A DNA stretch of 64,000 bases from positions 108 to 64,107 of the forward strand of contig MGDU01000022.1 of NCBI GenBank assembly GCA_001790815.1, read 5' to 3'. Numbering within the stretch: position 1 is the first letter of the stretch; each line of letters begins with the position of its first letter. The stretch comes from Candidatus Uhrbacteria bacterium RIFCSPHIGHO2_02_FULL_46_47 (GTDB lineage Bacteria; Patescibacteriota; Patescibacteriia; GWA2-47-26). Of this stretch, positions 27,069 to 37,853 are shown in pieces. The translations under genes and the position numbers were made by a program. Under the pieces are notes generated by a model, which was not told the origin of the DNA, ran no database searches, and saw nothing but the letters and a program-made list of their open reading frames with translations.

Positions 27069-29369
27069 TCATTTAGATGGCCATTTTTCAACTATCAGCA
27101 TGGATTGCTTTTCTTTAGGCATTTGCTGCCAAATTGTTTCCGTAACAAACGGCATAAAAGGATGGAGGAGTTTAAGACAAGTGGCAAGGCAGGTATGAAG
27201 GATGTATTGAGCGGCCTTGCGATCACCCTCACCCTGCCCTCTCCCAGTCGCGGGAGAGGGATTGCGACCGGCTTCCTCTCCCCGTGTGGGAGAGGATTGA
27301 GGTGAGGGGATTTGTAGCCGTGGTTTCATTTGTTCAATGATTTTGTCCGCAAAAGTATGCCAGAAGTAATGGTAGAGCGTTTCGCCAGCATGATGGAATT
27401 CAAATTTATCCAAATGGCTGGTTACTTTTTTGGCCATGGCATCTAGTTCTTTAAGAGTTTTTTTGTCAGCCACAGTGAGTTTTACCCTCACCCTGCCCTC
27501 TCCCTTAGGGAGAGGGGTTGGGGAGAGGGGATCCAAATTCATCAAAACAAACCGGCTTGCATTCCAGATTTTGTTGGCAAAGTTGCGATAACCCTTGATT
27601 TTTTCTTCGGAAATAATAATATCGTTGCCCGCGGTGTTGCCAATTACGAGCGCCATGCGTAAAGCATCCGCGCCATATAAATCAATTACTCCCAAGGGGT
27701 CAATAACATTGCCCTTGGATTTGGACATTTTTTGCCGGTCTTTGTCGCGCACCAGTCCATGAAGATAAACATGTTCAAAGGGTACTTTACCCGTAACATA
27801 AAGTCCAAGCATGATCATCCGCGCTACCCAAAAAAATAGAATATCCCAGCCAGTTTCCATAACCGAGGTAGGATAAAAATCTTTAAAATCTTTGCCATTT
27901 GGATAACCCAAGGTTGCAAAAGGCCATTGCCCGGAAGAAAACCAAGTATCAAACACATCTGGGTCTTGTGTCCATCCTTCGTCTTTTGGCGGTTCGGTTC
28001 CGACGTAAATTTCCATGTCTCCCTCCCTTAAGATAAGGGAGGGTTGGGGAGGGTTATGACTCGCTCGTAACCCCTCCTCGCCTCCCCTTACCCTAAGGGG
28101 AGGAACCGAAGAGCGATACCAGACGGGAATGCGAATGCCCCAGACAATTTGTCGGCTGATATTCCAATCGCGCAAATTTTTCATCCAATGCATGAAAACT
28201 TTTTCCATGCGTTTGGGCACAAACTTAACCTCGCCTGTTTTTACCGCCTTGACCGCGCCGTCGCGAAGCGTGGCCATTTTGATATACCATTGCGGAAGCA
28301 GGCGCGGTTCAAGAATAGTTCCGCATTTGTAGCAAACCGCCACAGCGTGCACATACTGCTCATCAACTTTTTGGAGCAGTCCCGCCTCCTTGATATCCGC
28401 CACTACGGCCTCGCGCGCTTCTTTTACTTTCATGCCCCGATATTTTTCCGGCGCTGGTTCAGTCAGCTTGCCGAACTGATCAATAATCTGAATAATTGGT
28501 AGGTTATGTTTTTTGGCCAGCTCAAAGTCATTATGATCAACGCTGGGGGTCACTTTGACTGCACCGGTGCCAAAACCGGCCTCCACAGATTCATCCGCAA
28601 TAATAGGAATTTCTTTATTGATAAGTGGAATGCGTGCCATTTTCCCAATCAGGTTTTTGTAGCGCTTGTCTTTGGGATGTACGGCCACGGCCACATCGGC
28701 AAAAATTGGCTCTGGTCGAACTGTGGCAACCGTGAGTGGCCCATAATTAATGCAATACAGAGAATCCACGCGCTCTTCGTGTTTTACTTCCAAATCCGAA
28801 AGCGTGGTTTGGTGCTTTACACACCAATTCACTAAACGATTTTCGCGGTAAACTAAGCCATCATCATAAAGCCGCTTGAAAGTGGCGTAAACAGTTTTGA
28901 CAATATCAGGATCAAGGGTAAATTTTTCGCGCGACCAATCGCAAGAAGCGCCAAGTTTGCGCAGTTGCCCCTCCATGATTTTTTTATTCTCAAGAGTAAA
29001 ATCCAAGATTTCTTGGTACAGCTCAGCGCGCGGGATTGTAAACCAATTGCGTCCTTCTTTTTCCAGTTTTTTTTGATATACCACTTGTGTCTCAAATCCG
29101 GCATGATCCGCGCCCGGAAGCCAAAGAGTTTTATCTCCGCGCATGCGATGGAAGCGAGTCATGATATCCTGGAGTGTCACAAACACCGCATGGCCAATAT
29201 GCAAAGAGCCATTGGAATTAGGCGGGGGCATGATTATTGAAAAGGACTTAGTAGGTAGTACGTAGGACGTAGAATCGGGGTTGAAGGCATCTGAAGTCTC
29301 CCACATCTTGTATATGGAATCTTCATGCTCGCGAGCAATGTATTGTGAGGGCATTTCCTTGATTGACAT
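27069..29369 (-). CDS. valS: valyl-tRNA synthetase with several in-frame repeat inserts
   Basis: PPPNSNGSLHIGHA and KMSKSKGNVIDP motifs. Inserts lie at 27222-27312, 27478-27538, 28017-28105 and 29246-29276. Confidence 0.85.
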   Translation of the reverse strand: MSIKEMPSQYIAREHEDSIYKMWETSDAFNPDSTSYVLPTKSFSIIMPPPNSNGSLHIGHAVFVTLQDIMTRFHRMRGDKTLWLPGADHAGFETQVVYQKKLEKEGRNWFTIPRAELYQEILDFTLENKKIMEGQLRKLGASCDWSREKFTLDPDIVKTVYATFKRLYDDGLVYRENRLVNWCVKHQTTLSDLEVKHEERVDSLYCINYGPLTVATVRPEPIFADVAVAVHPKDKRYKNLIGKMARIPLINKEIPIIADESVEAGFGTGAVKVTPSVDHNDFELAKKHNLPIIQIIDQFGKLTEPAPEKYRGMKVKEAREAVVADIKEAGLLQKVDEQYVHAVAVCYKCGTILEPRLLPQWYIKMATLRDGAVKAVKTGEVKFVPKRMEKVFMHWMKNLRDWNISRQIVWGIRIPVWYRSSVPPLRVRGGEEGLRASHNPPQPSLILREGDMEIYVGTEPPKDEGWTQDPDVFDTWFSSGQWPFATLGYPNGKDFKDFYPTSVMETGWDILFFWVARMIMLGLYVTGKVPFEHVYLHGLVRDKDRQKMSKSKGNVIDPLGVIDLYGADALRMALVIGNTAGNDIIISEEKIKGYRNFANKIWNASRFVLMNLDPLSPTPLPKGEGRVRVKLTVADKKTLKELDAMAKKVTSHLDKFEFHHAGETLYHYFWHTFADKIIEQMKPRLQIPSPQSSPTRGEEAGRNPSPATGRGQGEGDRKAAQYILHTCLATCLKLLHPFMPFVTETIWQQMPKEKQSMLIVEKWPSK

Positions 29370-29371
29370 AG

Positions 29372-29427
29372 GTAGTCGCCGGTCTTTAGCCGGCGTAAAG
29401 GCGCAGCCTAAAGAGCTGCGACTACAT
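29372..29427. repeat. R2-family double-hairpin element between the valS start and the DHH gene ATG
   Basis: gtagtcgccggtctttagccggcg...gcagcctaaagagctgcgactac. Confidence 0.7.
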
Positions 29428-29441
29428 TATAAAAAATTGTA

Positions 29442-30683
29442 ATGGAAATTATAGCTTTTGACAAGCCGTCCACAGGAGGCACGGTTGACACATTGGTTCG
29501 GGGCGGGTATGCTACTCCGATTATGCCAATGGATACATTACAGCAAATTGCGCAGAGATTGCGAGAGTCGGAACATACCCTTATTGTTTTTCCCTATGCT
29601 TCTGATGCTAAAGAAGGGGGCGATGCGCTGGGATCCGCGCTGGCTCTTTTTGGATATTTGAAAAAGATCGGCAAAAAAGCCGATATTGTGGCGCATGGAT
29701 TTGAACCCAGTGGACGGCTGTCTTTTCTCCCGCATGTGCAAAATGTGCAAGTGCAAATCGCGCGTCCGCAAAATTACACCTTGCGAATTAAAACCGCCAA
29801 TGCCAAATTAAAAGAGTTGAGCTATGGCATCAAGAACGACGCTTTGGAAATTTATTTAACTCCAGAGCATGGCGCGCTCTCTGATAAAGATATTGAACTC
29901 CAGCGCGGAAAATACAGTTATGACACAATTGTTACGCTTGATGCTCCGGATCTACCAACACTTGGCAAACTGTTTGAAGAACACTCTGAACTGTTTTATG
30001 GCACGCCCATCATCAACATTGATCATCATGCCGGCAATGAACAATACGGCCAAATCAATTTGGTGGATATCAATGCCGCGGCAACCGGCGAGGTTATGGC
30101 CGGGGTACTGCGCGCAATGGGAGCACACCATATTGACAGCGAGATTGCGACAAATCTTTTTGCCGCGATTTTTTTGAAAACACACGGATTTAAAAATCCA
30201 ACCATTACGCCAAATACGTTGAAACTGGCGGCTGAGCTTATTCAGCTTGGCGCGCGCCGGGAAGAAATTATGAAAAATGTGTTTCGCTCGCGCTCGCTGG
30301 CATCGCTTCGGCTGTGGGGCCGCGCGCTGGCACATCTGAAGCACGATCCGATTACCAAATTGACTTGGTCAACATTGACTACGCGCGAGATTTTAGAAAG
30401 TGGGGGAGATGTACGCGAGCTTCCGGATGTTATTGAAGAATTAATCTTTACTTCTCCAGAAGCTTCGCTGATGGCGCTTATTTATGAAGAAGCCGAGGGA
30501 CGCGTTTGTGTAATGCTGGCCAATAAAAAACCCCGCCAAGGCGGGGCGCATGCGCTTCCTTGGGACATTCTTGAGACCACCCATGGTCTTACCAAATATT
30601 GCCTTTTAAAACACGACCTTCTCTCCGCCGAGCGTGAAGTAGTAGAAAAACTAAACAGCACGCTCAAGTTACTTCCACATTAA
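29442..30683 (+). CDS. DHH-family phosphoesterase (NrnA-like, DHH+DHHA1)
   Basis: INIDHHAGNE motif and a C-terminal DHHA1-like region. Confidence 0.7.
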   Translation: MEIIAFDKPSTGGTVDTLVRGGYATPIMPMDTLQQIAQRLRESEHTLIVFPYASDAKEGGDALGSALALFGYLKKIGKKADIVAHGFEPSGRLSFLPHVQNVQVQIARPQNYTLRIKTANAKLKELSYGIKNDALEIYLTPEHGALSDKDIELQRGKYSYDTIVTLDAPDLPTLGKLFEEHSELFYGTPIINIDHHAGNEQYGQINLVDINAAATGEVMAGVLRAMGAHHIDSEIATNLFAAIFLKTHGFKNPTITPNTLKLAAELIQLGARREEIMKNVFRSRSLASLRLWGRALAHLKHDPITKLTWSTLTTREILESGGDVRELPDVIEELIFTSPEASLMALIYEEAEGRVCVMLANKKPRQGGAHALPWDILETTHGLTKYCLLKHDLLSAEREVVEKLNSTLKLLPH

Positions 30684-30736
30684 AATTGTGGATACAGTAG
30701 CTTGACTGTTCGTACTACTGGTTATATCATTGATAT

Positions 30737-31453
30737 ATGAAGTTACGATGGTACGAAAAATCAAAATGGCAAATACGAAAGCAAGAGGCAATGAAACTTC
30801 GTAAAAAAGGCCTGTCAATTGGCAAAATTGAACAGCGTTTAGGTATACGCCGCTCTACATTGAGCGGTTGGTTCCAAAATGTTCAACTCTCTAAAAAACA
30901 AAAAGAAAAATTACTGCACGATTGGAAGAACGGTTTAATAAAAGCGCGGAAGAAAGCTGTTCTTTGGCATAATGAGCAAAAAGACAAAAGATTGCAACAT
31001 GCAAAAGATGGGGCACTCAAAACACTAAAAAATTTAGATCTAAACAATCCACATACCTTTGAATTAGCATTAGCAATGTTATATCTTGGTGAAGGATCAA
31101 AGCGAAATGTAGAAACCGCCATTGGCAGTTCGGACCCGATGATTCTAAAATTTTTCCTAAAAGGATTGCAAAATTTGTATAATCTTGATTTAGAAAAAAT
31201 TAGATGCGAATTGTATTTAAGAGCTGACCAAGATCCGGGAAAAATGAAAAATTTTTGGGCGCGCGAACTCAAATTACCTTTAGGATCGTTCAAACAAGTA
31301 AATATAGATAAAAGGACGATAGGATCAAAAACTTATCCTCAATATAAGGGAGTCTGCAATTTGAGATGTGCAAATGTTGCAATACAAAGAAAACTAATTT
31401 TTCTAAGTGAATTATTTTGTAATGGCATTATAGACAAAACCATGCGTATATAG
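30737..31453 (+). CDS. HTH-domain protein, possibly LAGLIDADG-like homing-endonuclease-related
   Basis: N-terminal HTH (LSIGKIEQRLGIRRSTLSGW) and a LAMLYLGEGSK segment. Adjacent to a tRNA gene. Family assignment is weak. Confidence 0.3.
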   Translation: MKLRWYEKSKWQIRKQEAMKLRKKGLSIGKIEQRLGIRRSTLSGWFQNVQLSKKQKEKLLHDWKNGLIKARKKAVLWHNEQKDKRLQHAKDGALKTLKNLDLNNPHTFELALAMLYLGEGSKRNVETAIGSSDPMILKFFLKGLQNLYNLDLEKIRCELYLRADQDPGKMKNFWARELKLPLGSFKQVNIDKRTIGSKTYPQYKGVCNLRCANVAIQRKLIFLSELFCNGIIDKTMRI

Positions 31454-31468
31454 TTTAATAGTCCATAT

Positions 31469-31543
31469 GCGCGATTAGCTCAATGGTAGAGCGTTTCCTC
31501 GACACGGAAAAGGCTGAAGGTCCGATTCCTTCATCGCGCACCA
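31469..31543 (+). tRNA. tRNA-Val (anticodon GAC) with encoded CCA; unusual C at position 33
   Basis: Manual fold: acceptor GCGCGAT/ATCGCGC, discriminator A, D-stem GCTC/GAGC, anticodon stem TTTCC/GGAAA with loop TCGACAC, T-arm GAAGG-TCCGATT-CCTTC. Confidence 0.65.
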
Positions 31544-31546
31544 AAA

Positions 31547-31577
31547 TCCCCCGACCTATCGGGGATTTTTGTTTTTT
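31547..31577 (+). terminator. terminator after tRNA-Val
   Basis: ccccga-ccta-tcgggg followed by atttttgttttttg. Confidence 0.55.
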
Positions 31578-31704
31578 GCTTTGAAGCAAGGCTTGACTTA
31601 AACCATGATTTATGTCAACATTGCGATGTTGCTCGGGATGGTCTCGGGCATCATACCCGCACTCGCGGCCTAGAAAACCGCGGTGCCAACCGTAGGAGGT
31701 TGCC

Positions 31705-32715
31705 ATGGATCTTTTCGAAAAGTCGTACCAAGAACTGCGCGAGGCCTTTGTCCGCGCGCGATTCGCCGAAGACAACATCTTCGGCCGGCCAGACATCGAG
31801 GAGTGGCTCGCCGGACAGCGAACTGCTTCAAGACCTGACTATTCAACGTGGATTGCGTTTGCTAAATGTCCCGAATGGTTCAACCACTTTGGGCTCGCGG
31901 GAACGCCAACGTATTCAGTCCTCGTCCGGGCTCTCAGTTGTTTCCCATCTGTCCCCATCAATCGCATCAATGCGCTGTATGGACATGAGATGGATGAGTG
32001 TTGTTACGTCGGCCGCATTGTAAAGCTCGTGGAAAGATGCCGACCAGAGACCATCTCTATGGCTGGCAATTCGGTGATCATGAGCTGTGGGGGAGAGATA
32101 TTGGTCATATCACTTCCCGATCACTCAGCGGCACAAGACGATAACAACATTTCGTTGCGAATTTCGTCAGACGTAACCTCTGCCCAAGTTTTGCGGGTGT
32201 TCATCGATCGATGGGCATCTCAAAACGACGAACGTGCAGAATACGCCCGCCATTTTCTCTGTAATGCTTTCGGCATGCACATCGCTCAAGTGCGGGGTTC
32301 TGCGGGACTTGCCTTCGACACTGCCGTCGCCGTGAGCGCGGACGGCACGAAAATCGTCCATGCGGATTGGGTGGTGGTCAAGACGCCATCGAAACAAATC
32401 ATCGTCTTCCCGGCTTCCGCATTCCATGCGCAGAAGGCACTGCGTCCGGATGACAGCCGCTTCGAGCGCATGTCAACCGAACGGCTGATCGATGAACGCG
32501 GTCTTGGCATGTGGACGACAGATGAGGCAATCGGTAAAGTAGCAAAACTTACATGGAATCGATACCCGGTTGGTCTACCCGATCAAGTAACCTCCGCAAT
32601 GCTACTTGATTTTCAAACAACCGGATGGAAACCACTGAAACAGCGTATCTACATGACCCATGCATCGCTCTGCCCTTCCCCACTCCCCGAGGGCGGCGTG
32701 GAAGTGGCGGTGTAG
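31705..32715 (+). CDS. hypothetical protein, GC-rich orphan (cassette D)
   Basis: 336 aa; GGAGG Shine-Dalgarno 7 nt upstream; terminator at 32736-32787; no family recognised. Confidence 0.6.
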   Translation: MDLFEKSYQELREAFVRARFAEDNIFGRPDIEEWLAGQRTASRPDYSTWIAFAKCPEWFNHFGLAGTPTYSVLVRALSCFPSVPINRINALYGHEMDECCYVGRIVKLVERCRPETISMAGNSVIMSCGGEILVISLPDHSAAQDDNNISLRISSDVTSAQVLRVFIDRWASQNDERAEYARHFLCNAFGMHIAQVRGSAGLAFDTAVAVSADGTKIVHADWVVVKTPSKQIIVFPASAFHAQKALRPDDSRFERMSTERLIDERGLGMWTTDEAIGKVAKLTWNRYPVGLPDQVTSAMLLDFQTTGWKPLKQRIYMTHASLCPSPLPEGGVEVAV

Positions 32716-32735
32716 CTCCTTAGGATATGAAGTTC

Positions 32736-32787
32736 GTCCGCCGGCCGAGAAGACCATCGTGGTCAACTCGGCGGCGGCGTTTTTTTA
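32736..32787 (+). terminator. rho-independent terminator of cassette D
   Basis: gtccgccggccgag...ctcggcggcggc followed by ttttttt. Confidence 0.5.
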
Positions 32788-32802
32788 ATATCAAATAGAG
32801 TG

Positions 32803-32832
32803 ATCAGATTTTCTGCGGCCGCAGAAAATCTG
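32803..32832. promoter_or_regulatory. perfect 13-bp-arm palindrome centred on GCGGCCGC
   Basis: agattttctgcggccgcagaaaatct. Confidence 0.35.
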
Positions 32833-33014
32833 CCTATTTTTCTAGGAGGTAGTTTTAGAAATATTTTGTGTGTGTCTTACAAAAAAAATAAGGCCGAGCT
32901 CGTGTGAGTCGGCGAAGGAATCGGTGTACATAGTCGGCAGTAAAGAGCTTGTCTATCTAAGGACGTGCGTGGCGGCTTGGCTCAGCGAGAGAGCATGGAC
33001 GCGACGGTAGTGAT

Positions 33015-33149
33015 CAGCTCGATCTGCCGATATAGCCTGCTACACTGCGCCAGACTGCTCCCCAGTCGCATGCACGCAGTCGTTTCTCAACTTCTGCAGG
33101 TGTGAGCTTCGGAAGGAGCTCCAGTTCTTGCGTTTCAGGTTTGCTCATG
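33015..33149 (-). CDS. small hypothetical protein (44 aa), downstream member of the overlapping pair
   Basis: MSKPETQELELLPKLTPAEVEKRLRACDWGAVWRSVAGYIGRSS with an AGGAGA Shine-Dalgarno. Not in the ORF track (shorter than 60 aa). Confidence 0.3.
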
Positions 33150-33342
33150 ATGGTCTCCTAAAGCAGTGCTCAGTGGCGATTTTTTCCAGTGAGCGACGGC
33201 TGGCCTCGCGGTAGGCCTCGCATTCGGCTTGGGACCCCAATCTGACTCTCTCCCAGAACTCGTCCAAGTTCACCCCTGCCCGAATTCTATGAAGTGCCGC
33301 TTCGATCTCAGCTTGAGATGGCGTTGGTTTTGATTCTGGCAT
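33145..33342 (-). CDS. small hypothetical protein (65 aa), upstream member of an overlapping two-gene pair
   Basis: MPESKPTPSQAEIEAALHRIRAGVNLDEFWERV... with a GGAGGAG Shine-Dalgarno. Its TGA stop overlaps the ATG of the next small ORF (ATGA). Confidence 0.35.
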   Translation of the reverse strand: MPESKPTPSQAEIEAALHRIRAGVNLDEFWERVRLGSQAECEAYREASRRSLEKIATEHCFRRPS

Positions 33343-33406
33343 GTCTCCTCCACAACCAGCATACAACGCATAGACAAAACTGTCAAAGTGGGCTACACTA
33401 TATAAT

Positions 33407-33432
33407 GCGCCGGCTAAAGACCGGCGACTACA
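33407..33432. repeat. R2-family hairpin (half copy) immediately upstream of the DEAD-box helicase ATG
   Basis: gcgccggctaaagaccggcgactacat. Confidence 0.55.
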
Positions 33433-33435
33433 TCT

Positions 33436-34680
<1,245 letters not shown>

Positions 34681-34682
34681 TA

Positions 34683-35054
34683 TTATTTTTTCTTCAGCCG
34701 TTTTTTTACGAGCGAGACTAGATCATTGATGTCCCATTCGCTTTTGACAAGATAATCAAACATCCCTTCGCGTATAACTTTTGAAATGGTATCCACATCC
34801 GAAAGATTAGTAAGAAAGATAATGGGAATATTTTTTGTGCCCGGATTATCTTGAAGTTTATGCATCATAGTAATGCCATCCATCTGTGGCATTACAATAT
34901 CAAGCAAAACAAGATCTGGTTTGTTCTCTTTAATTTTTTTCAGTCCTTCTTTGCCATTTCTCGCCGTGGTTACTTGAAATTGTTCTGCTTTAAGCGTTGT
35001 TTCAAGCGCCTCTAAAAGCGCGGCATCATCGTCTACAACTAAAATGTGTTGCAT
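34683..35054 (-). CDS. response regulator, receiver domain only
   Basis: ILVVDDDAALLEALE...DLVLLDIVMPQMDG. Confidence 0.8.
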   Translation of the reverse strand: MQHILVVDDDAALLEALETTLKAEQFQVTTARNGKEGLKKIKENKPDLVLLDIVMPQMDGITMMHKLQDNPGTKNIPIIFLTNLSDVDTISKVIREGMFDYLVKSEWDINDLVSLVKKRLKKK

Positions 35055-35057
35055 ATA

Positions 35058-36641
35058 TCATGACATGGGCAATAATTTTTTAGTGCCTTCGCGGCGTTTG
35101 AGCCCGCCTTTAGGCAAGGATACCGTAAAAGTGCTGCCTTTGTTTTCTTGAGAAGTGAAACTTAATTTTCCGCCCAGCTCTTCAGCTATGGATTTGGTAA
35201 TGTAGAGTCCAAGTCCGGTTCCTTGCGGTTCTTTATCCAAAATGTTGCTGGCGCGAAAGAATTTGTCAAACAAGCGCGCTTGTTCTTTTTTCGGAATGCC
35301 GTAGCCATTATCAGACACTGATATTATAACACGTCCTTTGCGCTGTGCCAACCGCGCTGTAACATGTCCGCCTTTTGGAGTATAGCGGATGGCGTTGGTA
35401 AGCAGATTATTCAAAATTATATTGGCCAGATTGGCATCGGCTGTGGCCAAAATAGAAGTCAGCGCCTCGCCTTTAAGCGCGACACCATGTTCTTGCGCAA
35501 ACGGGCGCACCTCATCAACAGCACGCGCAAGGAGTTTTTTAAAGTCAATCGGTTTTGGCTCAATAGCAAGCGTTCCCATCTCAATTCGTGAAACATTTAA
35601 AAGCGCGCTCACCAGATCAACCATTCGTTCATTCGCGCTTTGGATTTGGGTAAAGGCGCGCTTTTGAGTAGGCGTGAATTTTTCAAGGCCGGCATTGGTT
35701 AAAATACGGGTATACCATTTGATTGCGGTAAGCGGAGTGCGCAGTTGATGAGAAGCCATGGAGATGAAGTCTGATTTGGCGCGATTCAGGCGCGCAAGTT
35801 CGGCGTCTACTTTCTTCACATCATCAAGAACGCGCTCGAGCACCATGCTTTTTTCTTTAAGCTGTTCATTGACAGTTTCAAGCTGGGCAGTGCGCTCCAC
35901 CACTTTCCGCTCTAGCCCTTCTTCGTATTCACGAAGCTGTATCGCCATGGCAGAAAATTCATCGGCCAGCAATTCTATTTCATCGCCGGTGCGGACGATA
36001 ATCGGCTCAAATTTTTTGTTTTGCATCATGGCGCGCGCGGCATTTGCCACGCGTGATACCGGGCCGGCAATTCCGCGAATAAAGAAAATTGCCAGAATAA
36101 CAAAGACCGCGCCAAATACGCTCCAAACTATAAGACTTTTGGTAATGAGCGGATACAGTTCATCAAAAAAGTCTTGCTCGGTCATCACAGAAACTAGATA
36201 GTAAGGGCCATAAGGAATGCTCACAAGATGGCGCATTTCTTCAAAGTCAACTGAAGCCCGCTTTTCGCCGCTCAAAATCCGCGCCACAATATCGCTCCAG
36301 CGCACAATATCTTTTAAATGGGTCTGGCCATCTGGGTGTGGTGTCAGTATCATTCCAGTTTGATCAATGGCAATGATATAACCGCGCTCGCCAATAGCAT
36401 ACGGCTTTACTAATCCCACAAAGGTGTCACTGTTTTCGATTAAAGGGCCTGTTTGTACAAGCTGATTAAGCGCGAATGTGGCGCGGTCGTAGAGTTGATG
36501 AGTTAATAAAATCTGGGCGTGTTTATAAGCAACCGGTACATAGACCAAAAATGCAAAAAATGACATGGCAATAACAATAATGGCGAGTTTCAATCGCAAT
36601 GGAAACGGTGTACGATGATTTTTATATTTGAAGAAAGGCAT
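35058..36641 (-). CDS. sensor histidine kinase
   Basis: TM segments, H-box SHQLRTPLTAI, and HATPase motifs DNGYGIPKKEQARLFDKFFRA and GTGLGLYITKSI. Confidence 0.8.
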   Translation of the reverse strand: MPFFKYKNHRTPFPLRLKLAIIVIAMSFFAFLVYVPVAYKHAQILLTHQLYDRATFALNQLVQTGPLIENSDTFVGLVKPYAIGERGYIIAIDQTGMILTPHPDGQTHLKDIVRWSDIVARILSGEKRASVDFEEMRHLVSIPYGPYYLVSVMTEQDFFDELYPLITKSLIVWSVFGAVFVILAIFFIRGIAGPVSRVANAARAMMQNKKFEPIIVRTGDEIELLADEFSAMAIQLREYEEGLERKVVERTAQLETVNEQLKEKSMVLERVLDDVKKVDAELARLNRAKSDFISMASHQLRTPLTAIKWYTRILTNAGLEKFTPTQKRAFTQIQSANERMVDLVSALLNVSRIEMGTLAIEPKPIDFKKLLARAVDEVRPFAQEHGVALKGEALTSILATADANLANIILNNLLTNAIRYTPKGGHVTARLAQRKGRVIISVSDNGYGIPKKEQARLFDKFFRASNILDKEPQGTGLGLYITKSIAEELGGKLSFTSQENKGSTFTVSLPKGGLKRREGTKKLLPMS

Positions 36642-36642
36642 C

Positions 36643-37362
36643 TTAGGAGTTTTTTGGGGATGGGAGTTTTTTAAGCCAAGGTTGAACTATTTCTCCCAAA
36701 ATAAAAAACATGAAAATCGCACCAAGCAGTCCCAACGTCATGACATTGACAAATCCCTTAGTTATTTCAGAAAAAGGCGCATTGATTTGAACAAAGGCAA
36801 TGATGAGTCCAGTAATGGCGCCGACAAAGGAGATCAAAATAAATCCAAGTCCGCAGATCAGCGGAAAAAAAAGCAGTTGTTTGCGCACGCGCGCAATTCG
36901 CGCTTGTTTTTCATCAATCTTTTGAAAATTGCGCATAATTGCCAAAAAATAATAATACAAAGCAAAAATAAAAATACTGCCGGCAACCGGCACTTCCCAT
37001 ATATAATTATTCATCAGAAGAATTTTACCGGCACGCGCAGGAATATAAAGGGCAAGATGTTCGTAAAGCGGCGCAAAGATCCAAAAAAGACTGGTCACAA
37101 TCATCCAGAGCACTACAAGAATACGGCGCGGAGAAAGCGGATCTTTTGGAATAGCGTAAGCAAGCGCGGGGATTAGGAATAGTAAAATACTCAAAGAAAG
37201 AAAAGCGAATATTTTGGAATTAATCGGAAGATTAATGTTTTCGCGCGCTAAGGTTAAGTAAAGGATCGCGCTTATCCAAGTCAGTCCGGCAAAGACAAAG
37301 AGAAGCGCACGCGCTAGGCGATAAGTTGGAGAGGTTTGGTATCGGTTTGTTTTTGCCTCCAT
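36643..37362 (-). CDS. hypothetical polytopic membrane protein
   Basis: 239 aa with six or more hydrophobic helices. Confidence 0.4.
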   Translation of the reverse strand: MEAKTNRYQTSPTYRLARALLFVFAGLTWISAILYLTLARENINLPINSKIFAFLSLSILLFLIPALAYAIPKDPLSPRRILVVLWMIVTSLFWIFAPLYEHLALYIPARAGKILLMNNYIWEVPVAGSIFIFALYYYFLAIMRNFQKIDEKQARIARVRKQLLFFPLICGLGFILISFVGAITGLIIAFVQINAPFSEITKGFVNVMTLGLLGAIFMFFILGEIVQPWLKKLPSPKNS

Positions 37363-37470
37363 ACTGTTTTAAACAGTATAACACATATCCGCCTCTCCTG
37401 CCGATTAGTAAAAAATCGCCCGACGCGCTTCACACCTGCGGTAGGTGCAAAACACGCCGGGTTGGGGAGC

Positions 37471-37480
37471 GGGGGGGGGG
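37471..37480. repeat. G10 homopolymeric tract
   Basis: agcGGGGGGGGGGtgag, located downstream of the cassette-F ORF. Confidence 0.7.
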
Positions 37481-37486
37481 TGAGAG

Positions 37487-37762
37487 CTACACGGCGGATG
37501 TTGAGGGGAAGGCGATCGCGCCTATGGGGTAGACCTTGCGATCTAGGATGATGTAGACTGCTTCGAGCTTCTGGACGACTTTGGGGTCGCGCCTGCAGTC
37601 AAGGCACGTCTCGGAGTGATTCGCTAGTGCGAGCGCTTTTTTTGCCACAGCACTCGCTCCTGGCGTGTGTGCTTCCGGGATCGTATTTGGGGCGTTGACG
37701 ATCCGGTCCATGAGTGCGACCGCTTCTTCGTGGTTGAGTACGAGGGTGGGGGTCGGCATTGG
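37487..37762 (-). CDS. small hypothetical protein, GC-rich orphan (cassette F)
   Basis: AAGGAGA Shine-Dalgarno 5 nt before the internal ATG (MPTPTLVLNHEE...). Visibly GC-rich. A G10 homopolymer lies downstream at 37471-37480. Confidence 0.35.
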   Translation of the reverse strand, partial: PMPTPTLVLNHEEAVALMDRIVNAPNTIPEAHTPGASAVAKKALALANHSETCLDCRRDPKVVQKLEAVYIILDRKVYPIGAIAFPSTSAV

Positions 37763-37821
37763 CGGTCTCCTTTTTCCGCTCCAAAACAAAAGAGCGTTTG
37801 ATTGTGTAGTATGCGTTATAT

Positions 37822-37853
37822 CATAAAAAGCCGCCTTTGTCAAGGCGGCTTTG
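37822..37853 (-). terminator. terminator downstream of tRNA-Ile
   Basis: aaagccgcctt-tgtca-aggcggcttt. Confidence 0.5.

Noticed and set aside
31596-31640. A TTGACT-17-CAACAT promoter for cassette D.
   Set aside because: The -10 element is too weak to call; only the Shine-Dalgarno and terminator are reported.
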